Shown: positions 31,533-40,808 of the stretch, piece after piece
Position numbering within the stretch: position 1 is the stretch's first letter
How the letters are laid out: each line of letters starts with the position of its first letter
Origin: an uncultured Chthonomonadaceae bacterium
GTDB lineage: Bacteria > Armatimonadota > Chthonomonadetes > Chthonomonadales > Chthonomonadaceae
Direction: 5' to 3'
Assembly (NCBI GenBank): GCA_963835065.1
Contig: CAWIEK010000067.1
Location: 1-57,315 of the forward strand
DNA: 57,315 bases
Translations under genes and position numbers: made by a program
Notes under the pieces: generated by a model
The model's database searches: none
What the model saw: only the letters and a program-made list of their open reading frames with translations
What the model was told of the DNA's origin: nothing

Positions 31533-34500
31533 CTATCGTTTCTTTTCCGCCAGGCTCTTGTAGTACCGGCTGACGAGGTCTTGGTATTCCGCAGGGACGC
31601 GCTCGTTTTCGCCGTCGCGCAGTACGCGCTGGTCACGCTGCGACAGGGGGCTGAACCCTTTGCCGTTGCGGGCGGTGGGCGCGGACATCGCGCCTTTTTG
31701 GACGCCTTCCAGTTTTTGGAAGGGGCCTTTGGGATTGTTGCCTTTCTGGTTGCCGGGTTTGGGAGCGCCATTTTGCGCCATTTGCTGCTGCTGCTGCTGC
31801 TGCTGTTGCTGCTGTTGCGCTTGATCGGCCTGCTTTTTGGCTTCCGCCAGTTTTTGGATGGCTTGATTTTGCTGTTCCTGCGTGGGCTGGCCGGTCTGCT
31901 GCTGCTGCAAGCCCTGTTTGGCCTGCCCCATGTGCTGTCCGGCTTGCCTGGCGTTTTGGGCGGCTTCGGGAACCGCGTTTTCCAATGCCTGCGCCGCGTT
32001 GTCGGTGATTTCCCTGGCGTCCTGCTGGCCCTGCGTCAGTTCCCCCGCTTCCTTTTGCTGTCCGGGGGTCAGTTTCTGGTTCTGGTTTTTGGCGCGCTGC
32101 TGATCCAATGCCTGCGTGTCCTGCTTCAACTGCTGCTGCAATCCCTGCGCAAGCGCCAACTCGCCAGCCGCTTCCGCCGCCTGCTGCTGCTGCGCGGACT
32201 GCTGCTGTTGCTGCTGGTCGCCTTGTTGCTGCTGCTGTTGGTTCTGCTGATTGGCCTGCGCCTGCTGTTTCAGTGCCTGTGCGATGGTGTCAAGCGTTTG
32301 CCCCGCCCGGTGCTGCGCTTTCTGGGTATCCGCGCCCGTGTTCGGCTCGTCCTCGCCCTTGCCGTCCTTGCCCATCAGGTTTTCGGTTGCCGGGTGCATC
32401 TGCTTGGACGCCATTTTCATCGCGCCCTGAAACGCCTGCGAGGGGAACTTTTGCGCCAATTCCGACGCCTGCTTTTCCAGATTGGCCTGCCGGGAAGCCA
32501 CTTGCCGCCGCTCCATGAACTCGGCCCCGGTCATACTGCCTTTGGCTTTGGCCTGCTCCAGTCGCTGCGTGGCGTTTTCCAGTCCGCGCTGCACCTGCGC
32601 CAAGCGGTCTACCTGATCGGCCATTTCCTGCGCCTGCTGCTGCTGCCGCAATTGTTGGGCGGCGCGTTCGGCCTGCTGCGCGGCGTTTTCAAGCTGCTGC
32701 GCGGCATCCTGGGCGGGCTGTTTGGCGGATTGCGGCTGGTTCTGGCTGAGTTTCTGCCCGGACTGGCTCAGGTTTTGCTGCGCCTGTTTCGCGCTTTGCT
32801 GCGCGGCCTTCGCGCCCTGCAGGTTCTGCTGGGCCTGCTGCGCGCCCTGCTGTATCTGCTGTTCCTTTTGCGCCAGCGCCTGATTTTGCTGACCGCTCGG
32901 ATTTTGCCCGATTTCTTTGGCTACGTCGCGCTGCTGTTTCGCCAGATCGCGCAACTGCTGCGCGGCGGCTTCGGCTTTGTCGGCAGCCGTTTTCGGGTCT
33001 TCTGCCGCGTCGGGGTTGGCGGCTTTGGCGGCGGCTTCGGCGGCTTTTTTCAGCGCGTCTGCGGCTTTGTCTTGCGCGGGCGCGGCCTGCTGCGGGTTGT
33101 TCTTATTCAACTGCTGCTGCGCCTGATTTTGATTGCTTTGCGCCTGCCCCTGTTTCAGCGCGTCGGCGGCTTTCTGCAAGTCCTGCGCGGCCTTGCTTTC
33201 GCCGCGCTGCTGCGCTTCTTTCGCGGCCTGCTGCAACTGCTGTTCCAGCTTGCGCGTGTCCTGGCTGACCTGCGATTGCTGACGCCGCGCCATTTCCAGC
33301 GCGGTTTTTTGCTCCTCGTTCAAGCCGTTGGTTTTGTTTTGCTGCTGTTGCTGCTTGATGTCTTCGGCAAGCGAGTGGGCGCTGTCGGCCTGTCGCTGCT
33401 GATCCTGCGCCAGTTGTTTGGCGGCGGCGGCAAGTTGTTCGGGGGTCGCGGTACGGTTGAGCAACTGCTGCGCTTTGTCCAAGTCTTGCTTGGCCTGCGA
33501 CTGCTGCTGATCGGCCTGCTGCAAGTTCTGGTTGCGTTCCGCGCTGGATTTGGTGTTTTGCGCCTGCTGCACCTTGTCGGCGGCGGGAGTCATGCGCTGC
33601 TGCGCGCTGGCTTCCAGCGTTTCCTGCGCCTGCTTGCGGCGCTCCATTTCCGATTGGGTGGCGAAGTTGTTGTTTTCGAGTTGGTTGGTCAAATCCTGAA
33701 CGCGCTGCGCAAGGGCTTTGGTTTCCTGCGCCACGCTGCGCTGCTGTTCCTGCGCCCGCGCCATTTGCGCCGGGTCGTTTTTCAAGCCGCGACTGCTGCA
33801 CCTGTTTTTGCGCGTCAAGCTGATGCTGTCGGGCGGCGGCAAGCGCCTGCTGTTCGGCGTCTAACTGCGCCTTCAATTTGCCCTGCATTTCCACATTGCT
33901 GACAACGTGGACGCGGAACGCCTGCGAACGCCCGATGTGCGGGCCGCTCAGATTGTCGTTGTCCCAATCGTCCACTTCGTAGCGGATCACATCCCCGACT
34001 TTGGGAGCGACGCTGCCGATGTACCAGCGCTGCCTGATGTCCACCTGGGGCAGGCCATAGGGCGTTTTATCGTCGGCGGGCAGGGCAAGCGCTCCCTTGC
34101 CGACATGCGTGATGCTGTTTTTGCCCGTGCGCAGGCCGTCCTCATGCGTGGTATCGTAGACGAGTTTCGCGCTGCTCACGCCGTAATCGTCCGTCGCGTG
34201 GGCAATTAAAGGAATACTGCCGCCGGGAACCAGATCAACATCCGTAGCGGGGCGCAAAATCTGTACGCTCGGGGCTTCGTCCTTCATGGAGCGAATTTCG
34301 TAGCGGGTCGGGGTGGCGTGATTGTAATTGGTGAAGCCATGCGTGTCTACCAATTTCAGCCGGTAACTGCCGTCCTTGTTCACGCCCAATTTTCCGCTTG
34401 CCTGCTCGTTCCGGGTCGGCCACGTACCCGCGTCATGCTCATCGCGCACCAGCATAGCGCTTTTCAGGGTCTTGTTGGCGATTCCGGTCACATCTACCTG

Positions 34501-35529
34501 TGTGCCGAACGGGGCGGCAATCGCGCCGGTTGTATCGGGCAACTGCTGATCTTTGCGGCGCATGTAGGCGGGGAAGTGCAGGGTCATGCGGACGTTGAGC
34601 AGGGTCGGGCGGTCTTCCACCTTGACTTCGCGCTCATTGGAACGCCCGTCACTCGCGGACGCCATCAGGGAAATACTGCGCGGCAGGGTCTTGAAGTGGT
34701 AGGTAAAGCGGCGCGCGTCCTTTTCGTCCGGGTTCGGGTTGGAAACGGGTTTCGGGTCTTTGAGTTCGATGTTAGTAAACGCTTTGGCATCCTCGCCATC
34801 CTGATGAACGCGCAGAACGCACGTATCTACGGGGTCGCCCCACGTTTTGACGATGACATTGACGCCCTCGCCGCGCGGCAGCAGAGTCGCTTCGGGCAGA
34901 ATTTGGACGCGGGTTTTGGCATACGGGGGAATGTCGGCGTGGGGGTCGGCCATGCGGCGCATCCAGGTCGCAAAGGCATCATGCGCAAATACGACATGCG
35001 CCGCGAACAACAGCAGGGTCAACATCAGCGTCAAACTGCCGTTGCGGAGCGGGCGCAGGGACACGGCGCGCTTGAAGTTCAGGTCGGCAGCCACCTGGTG
35101 GGTTTCTTCCGCCAGCGCGGTTGTCATCTGCTCGGAAAAGTGCGCCGCGTAGGGGCGTCCGTTCGCGCCCCCTGCGACTTGCGCGGGGCTGAGGGCGGGC
35201 GCAAGGTCCAGCGTAGTCAACAGCCGTTCGCGCAGCACGGGGAACCGGCGCTCCACATCCGCTGCCACGCTGACATCCGATAGGCGGCGCAAAAGCGGCT
35301 GCAGCAGGGCAAGCAGGAGCGTGACAACGGCGACACCAGCAATGCCCGTTCGCCAATTTTCGCGGGCATGAACGGAAAGCACGAGCAGGCGGTCGCTATG
35401 ATAGCAGATTAGCGCCAAAACGAGTACCAGACTGAGTACCCATGTCAGGCCGCTCAGAACGCGCGTCAGCCGCCACCAGCGGCGTGTGGCAGCCAATTTC
35501 TGCTGCAAAGGCGCACCGGAATGTTGCAT
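31533..35529 (-). CDS. Large DUF4175-like membrane-anchored, Gln-rich coiled-coil protein (frameshift near 33790)
   Basis: N-terminal TM helices, Ig-like region with ATDDYG motif, long Q/A-rich coil, C-terminal VPAEYQDLVSRYYKSLA. Confidence 0.82.
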
Positions 35530-35544
35530 CGTGCTCTCCTCTAA

Positions 35545-35648
35545 AGGGTTGAGGGTTGAGGGTTGAGGGATTCTATAGTGATGAATGATGAGTGATGAAT
35601 GATGAATAAGAATCCGATTCAGCACTCATCACTCATCATTCATCATTT
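35545..35648. repeat. Heptamer arrays (GGGTTGA)n and inverted (TGATGAR)n/(YTCATCA)n
   Basis: Upstream of the DUF4175-like gene; the same units occur inside AddB. Confidence 0.75.
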
Positions 35649-35770
35649 TCTTCATGTTCCTCAACCCATTAAACAGGCTTGTCTCGTCATTGAGGTTCGC
35701 ACACTGACGGCTTGCCGCTTGCCTGCTCCGGGAATGTGCAGGTTAGACGCGCCGGGATAACAAAAGTTAC

Positions 35771-35801
35771 GGGCGAGGGCAGCAATCCGTTGCCCTCGCC
35801 C
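35771..35801 (-). terminator. Probable terminator hairpin after the M16 peptidase gene
   Basis: GGGCGAGGGCA/TGCCCTCGCCC stem with a T-rich tail on the minus strand. Confidence 0.55.
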
Positions 35802-35898
35802 CTTGATTCGCCATATTGCTGCGAGATTCCTTTATGGCAGAGGCTGCCAGGGATTTCCAATCCCCGGTCAATTGGGGCAGGCTCTCAGGATTTTGCCG

Positions 35899-38800
35899 TC
35901 AGGGTTTGCGCAGGTCGCCCCGGTTCAGGTCGAGCGCGGCAATGGGAATCACTTCGGTCTGAGGATACTTCTGGCGCAAAGCGTCTAAAAACCTGCGCCC
36001 GTCTCCCACAATGACGAGGCTTGCCTGCGAACTGTTCAATTGCTGCGCCGCGAAGGTTTTGACCTGCGCGGGGGTAACCGCCTGCACTTTGGACAGATAG
36101 GTGTTCAGCGACGACAGCGGCAGGCCATAAACCGCCAGGGAAGCAACCGCGTCCGTCAGTCCCGCGCCGGTTTCCAGGCGGCGGGAATAGTTGCCGGACA
36201 ACGCGGCCTTGCGCGGAAGCAGTTCCCCATCCGACACGTCCTCCGCAGACAAGCGGCTCAGTTCCGCATCCAGCAGGGAAGCGACTTCGGGCACGGCGTC
36301 GTTGCGGGTTTGCGCGGAAGCAACGAAAAGTCCTCCCTCCCGCCACTCCTCAAACCGGCTTCCCGCGCCGTAAGACAGCCCGCGCTTAACGCGGATTTCC
36401 TGATTAAGCCGCGCCGAATACCCTTCTCCTAAAACGCCGTTCGCCACGCGGGCGATCTCATAGTTCGGATCCCCGCGCCGAATTCCCGGACGAACCAACA
36501 GCACGGCGGCCTGTCCCGCGTCGGGCTTGTCTACAACAACCACGCGGCGGCCCGGCTGCGCGGGAAGCGAAGACAGCAGCGAAGCCGATGTGGAAGCGCT
36601 TTGGTTAGAATTGCCCTGCCAGCCACCAAAGTATTTTTGCGCCAGCGCGAACGCCGCAGCGGGGGTAATGTCGCCGCCAAACACAAGCACCGTTCGCTGC
36701 GGCGTGTAAGCGTCTCGATAAAAACCGGCGGCATCTGAGGGAGCAATCGCTTTGAGGGTTTCCGGGGTGCCGCCGGGTTGGTGTCCGTAGGGAGTATCGC
36801 CGAACACAAGGCGGGAGGCGACATACCGCGCCAATGTGCCGGGGGCGCGCAGGCTGACGGTAAGGCCATCCAGTTCCTCGTTGCGCAGCCTGTCCTGTTC
36901 GCCGGGGGCAAACGCGGGATGCAGGAGAACATCAGCGTACAGCGGCATCGTGTCGGCAAGGCGGGCCGCAAGGACGGACAGGCTGACAGTGGAACTATCC
37001 AAGCCCGCGCTGCTGCGCACCGAACCGCCAAGCGCTTCGGCTTCCTCGGCGATCTGCAAAGCCGAGCGCGTTTGCGTACCGCGCAGCAACAAGGAAGCCG
37101 TAAAGTCCGCAAGCCCCGCTTTATGCAGTGGGTCGTCCGCAGCCCCCGCCTTTACTTCGGCGGAGATGGTGACAAGCCCGGTTCCGGGGCGCGGGGCGAC
37201 CACAACCCGCAGCCCGTTGGACAGGGTCTTTTCCGTCGCTTTCACGAACACGCCCCGATGCGCGGGCGCAGGGGGCGGCGGCGTTTCCATTGGCGCGACA
37301 TCAGGCGGCGCGGGAGCAGAGGACACGGACGCGGCGCGGGAAACGCCGCCCTGCTCGCCCGCGCCCGATGTGTAGTGAACGACCAGGCGATTTTCGGGCG
37401 TAAAGTATTTCATGGCAACGCGCTGTATATCCGCCGCCGTAACGGATTGCAGACGCGCAATCTCCGTGTTGACGCGCTCCGGGTCGCCCAACGTCACCAG
37501 CGCGTTTCCCAGTCGCGGACGCCTGCCCCGCTGCGGTTTCGCGCGAGCGCAGGGCGTCGGCAACAAGCTGGTTTCGCGCTTTTGCCAGTTCTTTATCCGA
37601 AACCGGCTCCGTCTTCAAGCGCTCAATCTCGTCCAGCGTGGCTTTTTCGGCCTCTTCCACCGTCTTGCCGCCCGCCACAATGGTTCGGAACGTAAACAGG
37701 CCGGTTTCGGCCCGCAAATCCGGTCCCGCCGACGCCTGCGTTGCGACATGGCGCGTATAAACGAGGGACTGGTACAAGCGCGACGAGCGGCCCCGCGATA
37801 AAATCACCCCGGCGACATTCATGGCCGGCGTATCGGCATCCGAAGCAGGCGGCACAAGGTAGTTGATAACGACGGCGGGAAGCGGCACGTTGGGACCGGT
37901 TTCGTCAAAGCGTTTTTCCCCGGTTCGCGCCGGCTCCTGCGCCGTGTTTCGCGCAATCTCTCCTGACGGCTTTGGTATACGCCCGAAATACCGGTCTACC
38001 CACATATCGAGCGTTTTAGCATCGAAATCCCCCGCAACGATCAGGACGGCATTGTCCGGGCGATAAAACGTGGTGTGGAATTGGCGCACATCCTCCAGTT
38101 TGGCCGCGTCCAGGTTCTCAATGCTGCCGATAACGCCGCGCCGGTAGGGATGCGTTGTATAGGAATGTTCATTGACGTACTCGCTCAAACGGCCATAGGG
38201 CGGGGCAAGAACGGACTGCCGGTACTCTTCCTCGACAACCGCCCGTTCCGAAACAAAGTTGCGGTCATCCACAATCAGGTTCGCCATGCGATCCGACTCA
38301 GCCCACAGCAGCGTTTCAAGATAATTGGAAGGAACCGTCTCAAAATATACTGTGCGGTCTTCGGTTGTATAGGCGTTGTTCGCACCGCCGACCTCTTCGG
38401 TCAGGCGATCCATCATTTCGGCCTTCATATTGCGGGTGGCCTTGAACATCAGGTGTTCAAACAAATGCGCAAAGCCGGACTTGCCTTCCGGGTCGTTCTT
38501 GCCTCCCACCCGATACCACACCTGAATAGCGACGGTCGGGCTTTTATGGTTCTCCACGCTGCAAACCGTCAGGCCGTTGGGCAGAGTGCGCAGGCGATAC
38601 TTCATGCGGGGCGGCGTCACAGCAGCACGATCAGAAGCGCCCGGTTTCCCCTGCGTCTTGCTATGTCCGTTGCTGCGAACTATGCGCGGCGTCAAACGAA
38701 CCGCAACATTGCCGACGCTTTCCATTTGCCCGAACGCCGCACTCGGAAGGGTCAGCAGCAGGAGCGGGCAAATTCTATGAATCCGTTTCTGAATCAGGCT
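35899..38800 (-). CDS. M16 zinc metallopeptidase (pitrilysin family), frameshift near 37520; start uncertain
   Basis: HLFEH (HxxEH) motif; second half has EIRVKRGLSYG. Confidence 0.88.
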
Positions 38801-38936
38801 ATAAATTGAGGTATTAATGGCGGTCTCCGGGTCCGAACGCAAGTTTAAGGCGTGAGGGTAGGCGAAGGTTTCGCCTATTACAATGACCAGTTTCTGAAAG
38901 TTCGCCGGTCCTGTATCCCTATCAACTATCAACTCA

Positions 38937-39416
38937 TCAGGCGGCGCTTGCGGGCTTCAGAGCGGGTACGTTTCCTGCTAACGCTGTGTCCTGATCCTCC
39001 TGTATCACAATCTCCGCCGCATGAAGAGCCACGACTTCTATTTTCCTTTCAGCGGCCTTCACTATTGCCGTCCGCGCATTTTTTCTGCGCGGACGGACAA
39101 AAACCTTCCGTGTGGCGGCGTTTGCTCTGCCCTTGCCGGCATTGGATACTGTTCCAACGATGGCGGGCTTTGCAAGCATCTTTTCAAACGTCTCCTCGGA
39201 GGCAATGCCTGTCTTTGTGACGGCGCTGCGTCCCCCGGCATAATGCCAGAAATGAAGTTTTAATCCCGGTTCCCGAATGGGAAGCACTAGCAGCGCATCA
39301 TGTGGCTCTTCTCGAAAAACAATATTCTCCGGCGTGTCGATTCTGGTAAACCCAAGCGCAAGAAGCGCTTCCCACAGCCGTCCGTACGTCATTGGCTTGC
39401 TTATGAACTTAACCAT
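38937..39416 (-). CDS. Hypothetical protein with HicA-like N-terminal pattern
   Basis: TYGRLWEALLALGF...VF...LLVLP; overlaps the upstream gene by 8 nt. Confidence 0.5.
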   Translation of the reverse strand: MVKFISKPMTYGRLWEALLALGFTRIDTPENIVFREEPHDALLVLPIREPGLKLHFWHYAGGRSAVTKTGIASEETFEKMLAKPAIVGTVSNAGKGRANAATRKVFVRPRRKNARTAIVKAAERKIEVVALHAAEIVIQEDQDTALAGNVPALKPASAA

Positions 39417-39972
39417 GTAGATTTTCCACCTTTGCTACCCGCGTGAGGACTTCCCGCTTATAGCGTCGAAATGTTTCGATGGCCTCTGCATTGACAACAT
39501 TACTCTTCGGAATGTGTACTGTAATTTCCTGCTGTTGTGGTGGTATATGAAATCCCGGCGCTTTAAAGTAGCGTTGCGTATACAGCCAGTACGCTACTTC
39601 AGCGACGACGTCATAAACGATCAGAATCACCGGCATTGTCTCTTCGCGCCAGAGTTCCACATGCTTATGGCTGATACTGAAAGAGATCGTTTCCCCGTCT
39701 TTCAAAACGTTGAGATTGTCCGTTGCCTTGAGTTGCAGAAGTATATTGCCGCGCTCGTATTCACCGGTATTAAAATGTGTATTGCCCTTGTAATCGTAGG
39801 TGTCCATCACAAGATCGTAACCATAATCGTACCGCTTTCCTCCGACAGTATGCCCTTGCAGCAGCACAAACCGCTCAATATAGTTTATGCTCAAATCAGC
39901 AATGTAGTGTTCCCGTGTTCGCGCAGGACGCGCCGAAGGCGTCCTGCTCCTGCCGCGCGTTGTTCTCCTCAT
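39409..39972 (-). CDS. DUF4365-domain (PD-(D/E)XK-like) protein
   Basis: DYGYDL...ILLQLKAT...PVILIVYD...AYW. Confidence 0.85.
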   Translation of the reverse strand: MRRTTRGRSRTPSARPARTREHYIADLSINYIERFVLLQGHTVGGKRYDYGYDLVMDTYDYKGNTHFNTGEYERGNILLQLKATDNLNVLKDGETISFSISHKHVELWREETMPVILIVYDVVAEVAYWLYTQRYFKAPGFHIPPQQQEITVHIPKSNVVNAEAIETFRRYKREVLTRVAKVENLHG

Positions 39973-40095
39973 GTTTCTTTACTCAACGTTCCTTCTTTAT
40001 AAATTACTCGCGGACGCTGACTCGATCAGATCTACAACGACAATGGCTTCCGTCGCCACTTCGGGAAAGTCCGCAATATCAGGCGTCATTGCAGG

Positions 40096-40668
40096 CTACT
40101 CTCCTGTCTTTGTCAACACATACGCCTGAATTGCGGTTGAGACTCCCTTGAGGAAAAGTTCTCCTATTGGCTGAAAGGAGGCTTGCAGATTATCGGGCAG
40201 TGTGTCAAAAACGGCCTCTGACACAATCAATTGTCCCACAGGAGCGCAAGCCTCCAAACGAGCAGCTACATTTACAGCCTCGCCAAATATATCCAGCCCG
40301 TAAGATGTTTGTCGCAACTGTATCATCCCCGTATGCATCCCCATTCTTAGGATAATCTTTTCGTTCCCAACGAGAAGAGGATTCCTTTCAAGAGTTTGCA
40401 GCAATTGAGCAGCAAACTCTATGGCAGCGCCAGAATCCTCGAACACAGCTAAGAAGCCATCACCTATGTCTTTAATCAACTGGCCTGAATGAATCGCCAG
40501 AAGATGGGAGACACGCGCCAGCAATTGACCAATTCCTATACGCAGCGCCAGGTCGCCCGCTTCGTAACTTAAACGCATGGAACCAACCATATCGGCCAAC
40601 ACAATTGTCATGCAACGAGTTGGCACGGAGGCATTTTCCTGTGCAGAAACTTCTATACCAGTAGTCAT
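40096..40668 (-). CDS. Stand-alone class III adenylate/guanylate cyclase
   Basis: ADMVGS, KDIGDG, RMGMHTG and DIFGEAVNVAARLE motifs. Confidence 0.92.
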   Translation of the reverse strand: MTTGIEVSAQENASVPTRCMTIVLADMVGSMRLSYEAGDLALRIGIGQLLARVSHLLAIHSGQLIKDIGDGFLAVFEDSGAAIEFAAQLLQTLERNPLLVGNEKIILRMGMHTGMIQLRQTSYGLDIFGEAVNVAARLEACAPVGQLIVSEAVFDTLPDNLQASFQPIGELFLKGVSTAIQAYVLTKTGE

Positions 40669-40717
40669 ATAAGCGCCTCAATCAAGAAGAAAATGCTGTG
40701 TTGCTGCTAAAAGTATA

Positions 40718-40754
40718 GCTTCTATGTCCCTTTGTTCACGCGGGACATAGAAGC
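40718..40754. terminator. 13-bp hairpin after the GH2 gene
   Basis: GCTTCTATGTCCC / GGGACATAGAAGC. Confidence 0.55.
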
Positions 40755-40808
40755 ATTATAACGGCAAACGTGTACTCTGTCAACGTCACTCACCGCCTGA
40801 TTTGCCTG

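Noticed and set aside
31581..33902. 773-aa Leu-rich plus-strand ORF and similar long antisense ORFs
   Set aside because: These are shadows of GC-rich genes on the opposite strand (CAG codons read as CTG).
40096..40668. Calling the cyclase a Pycsar PycC
   Set aside because: Specificity residues look ATP-type and no PycTM/PycTIR effector is adjacent.
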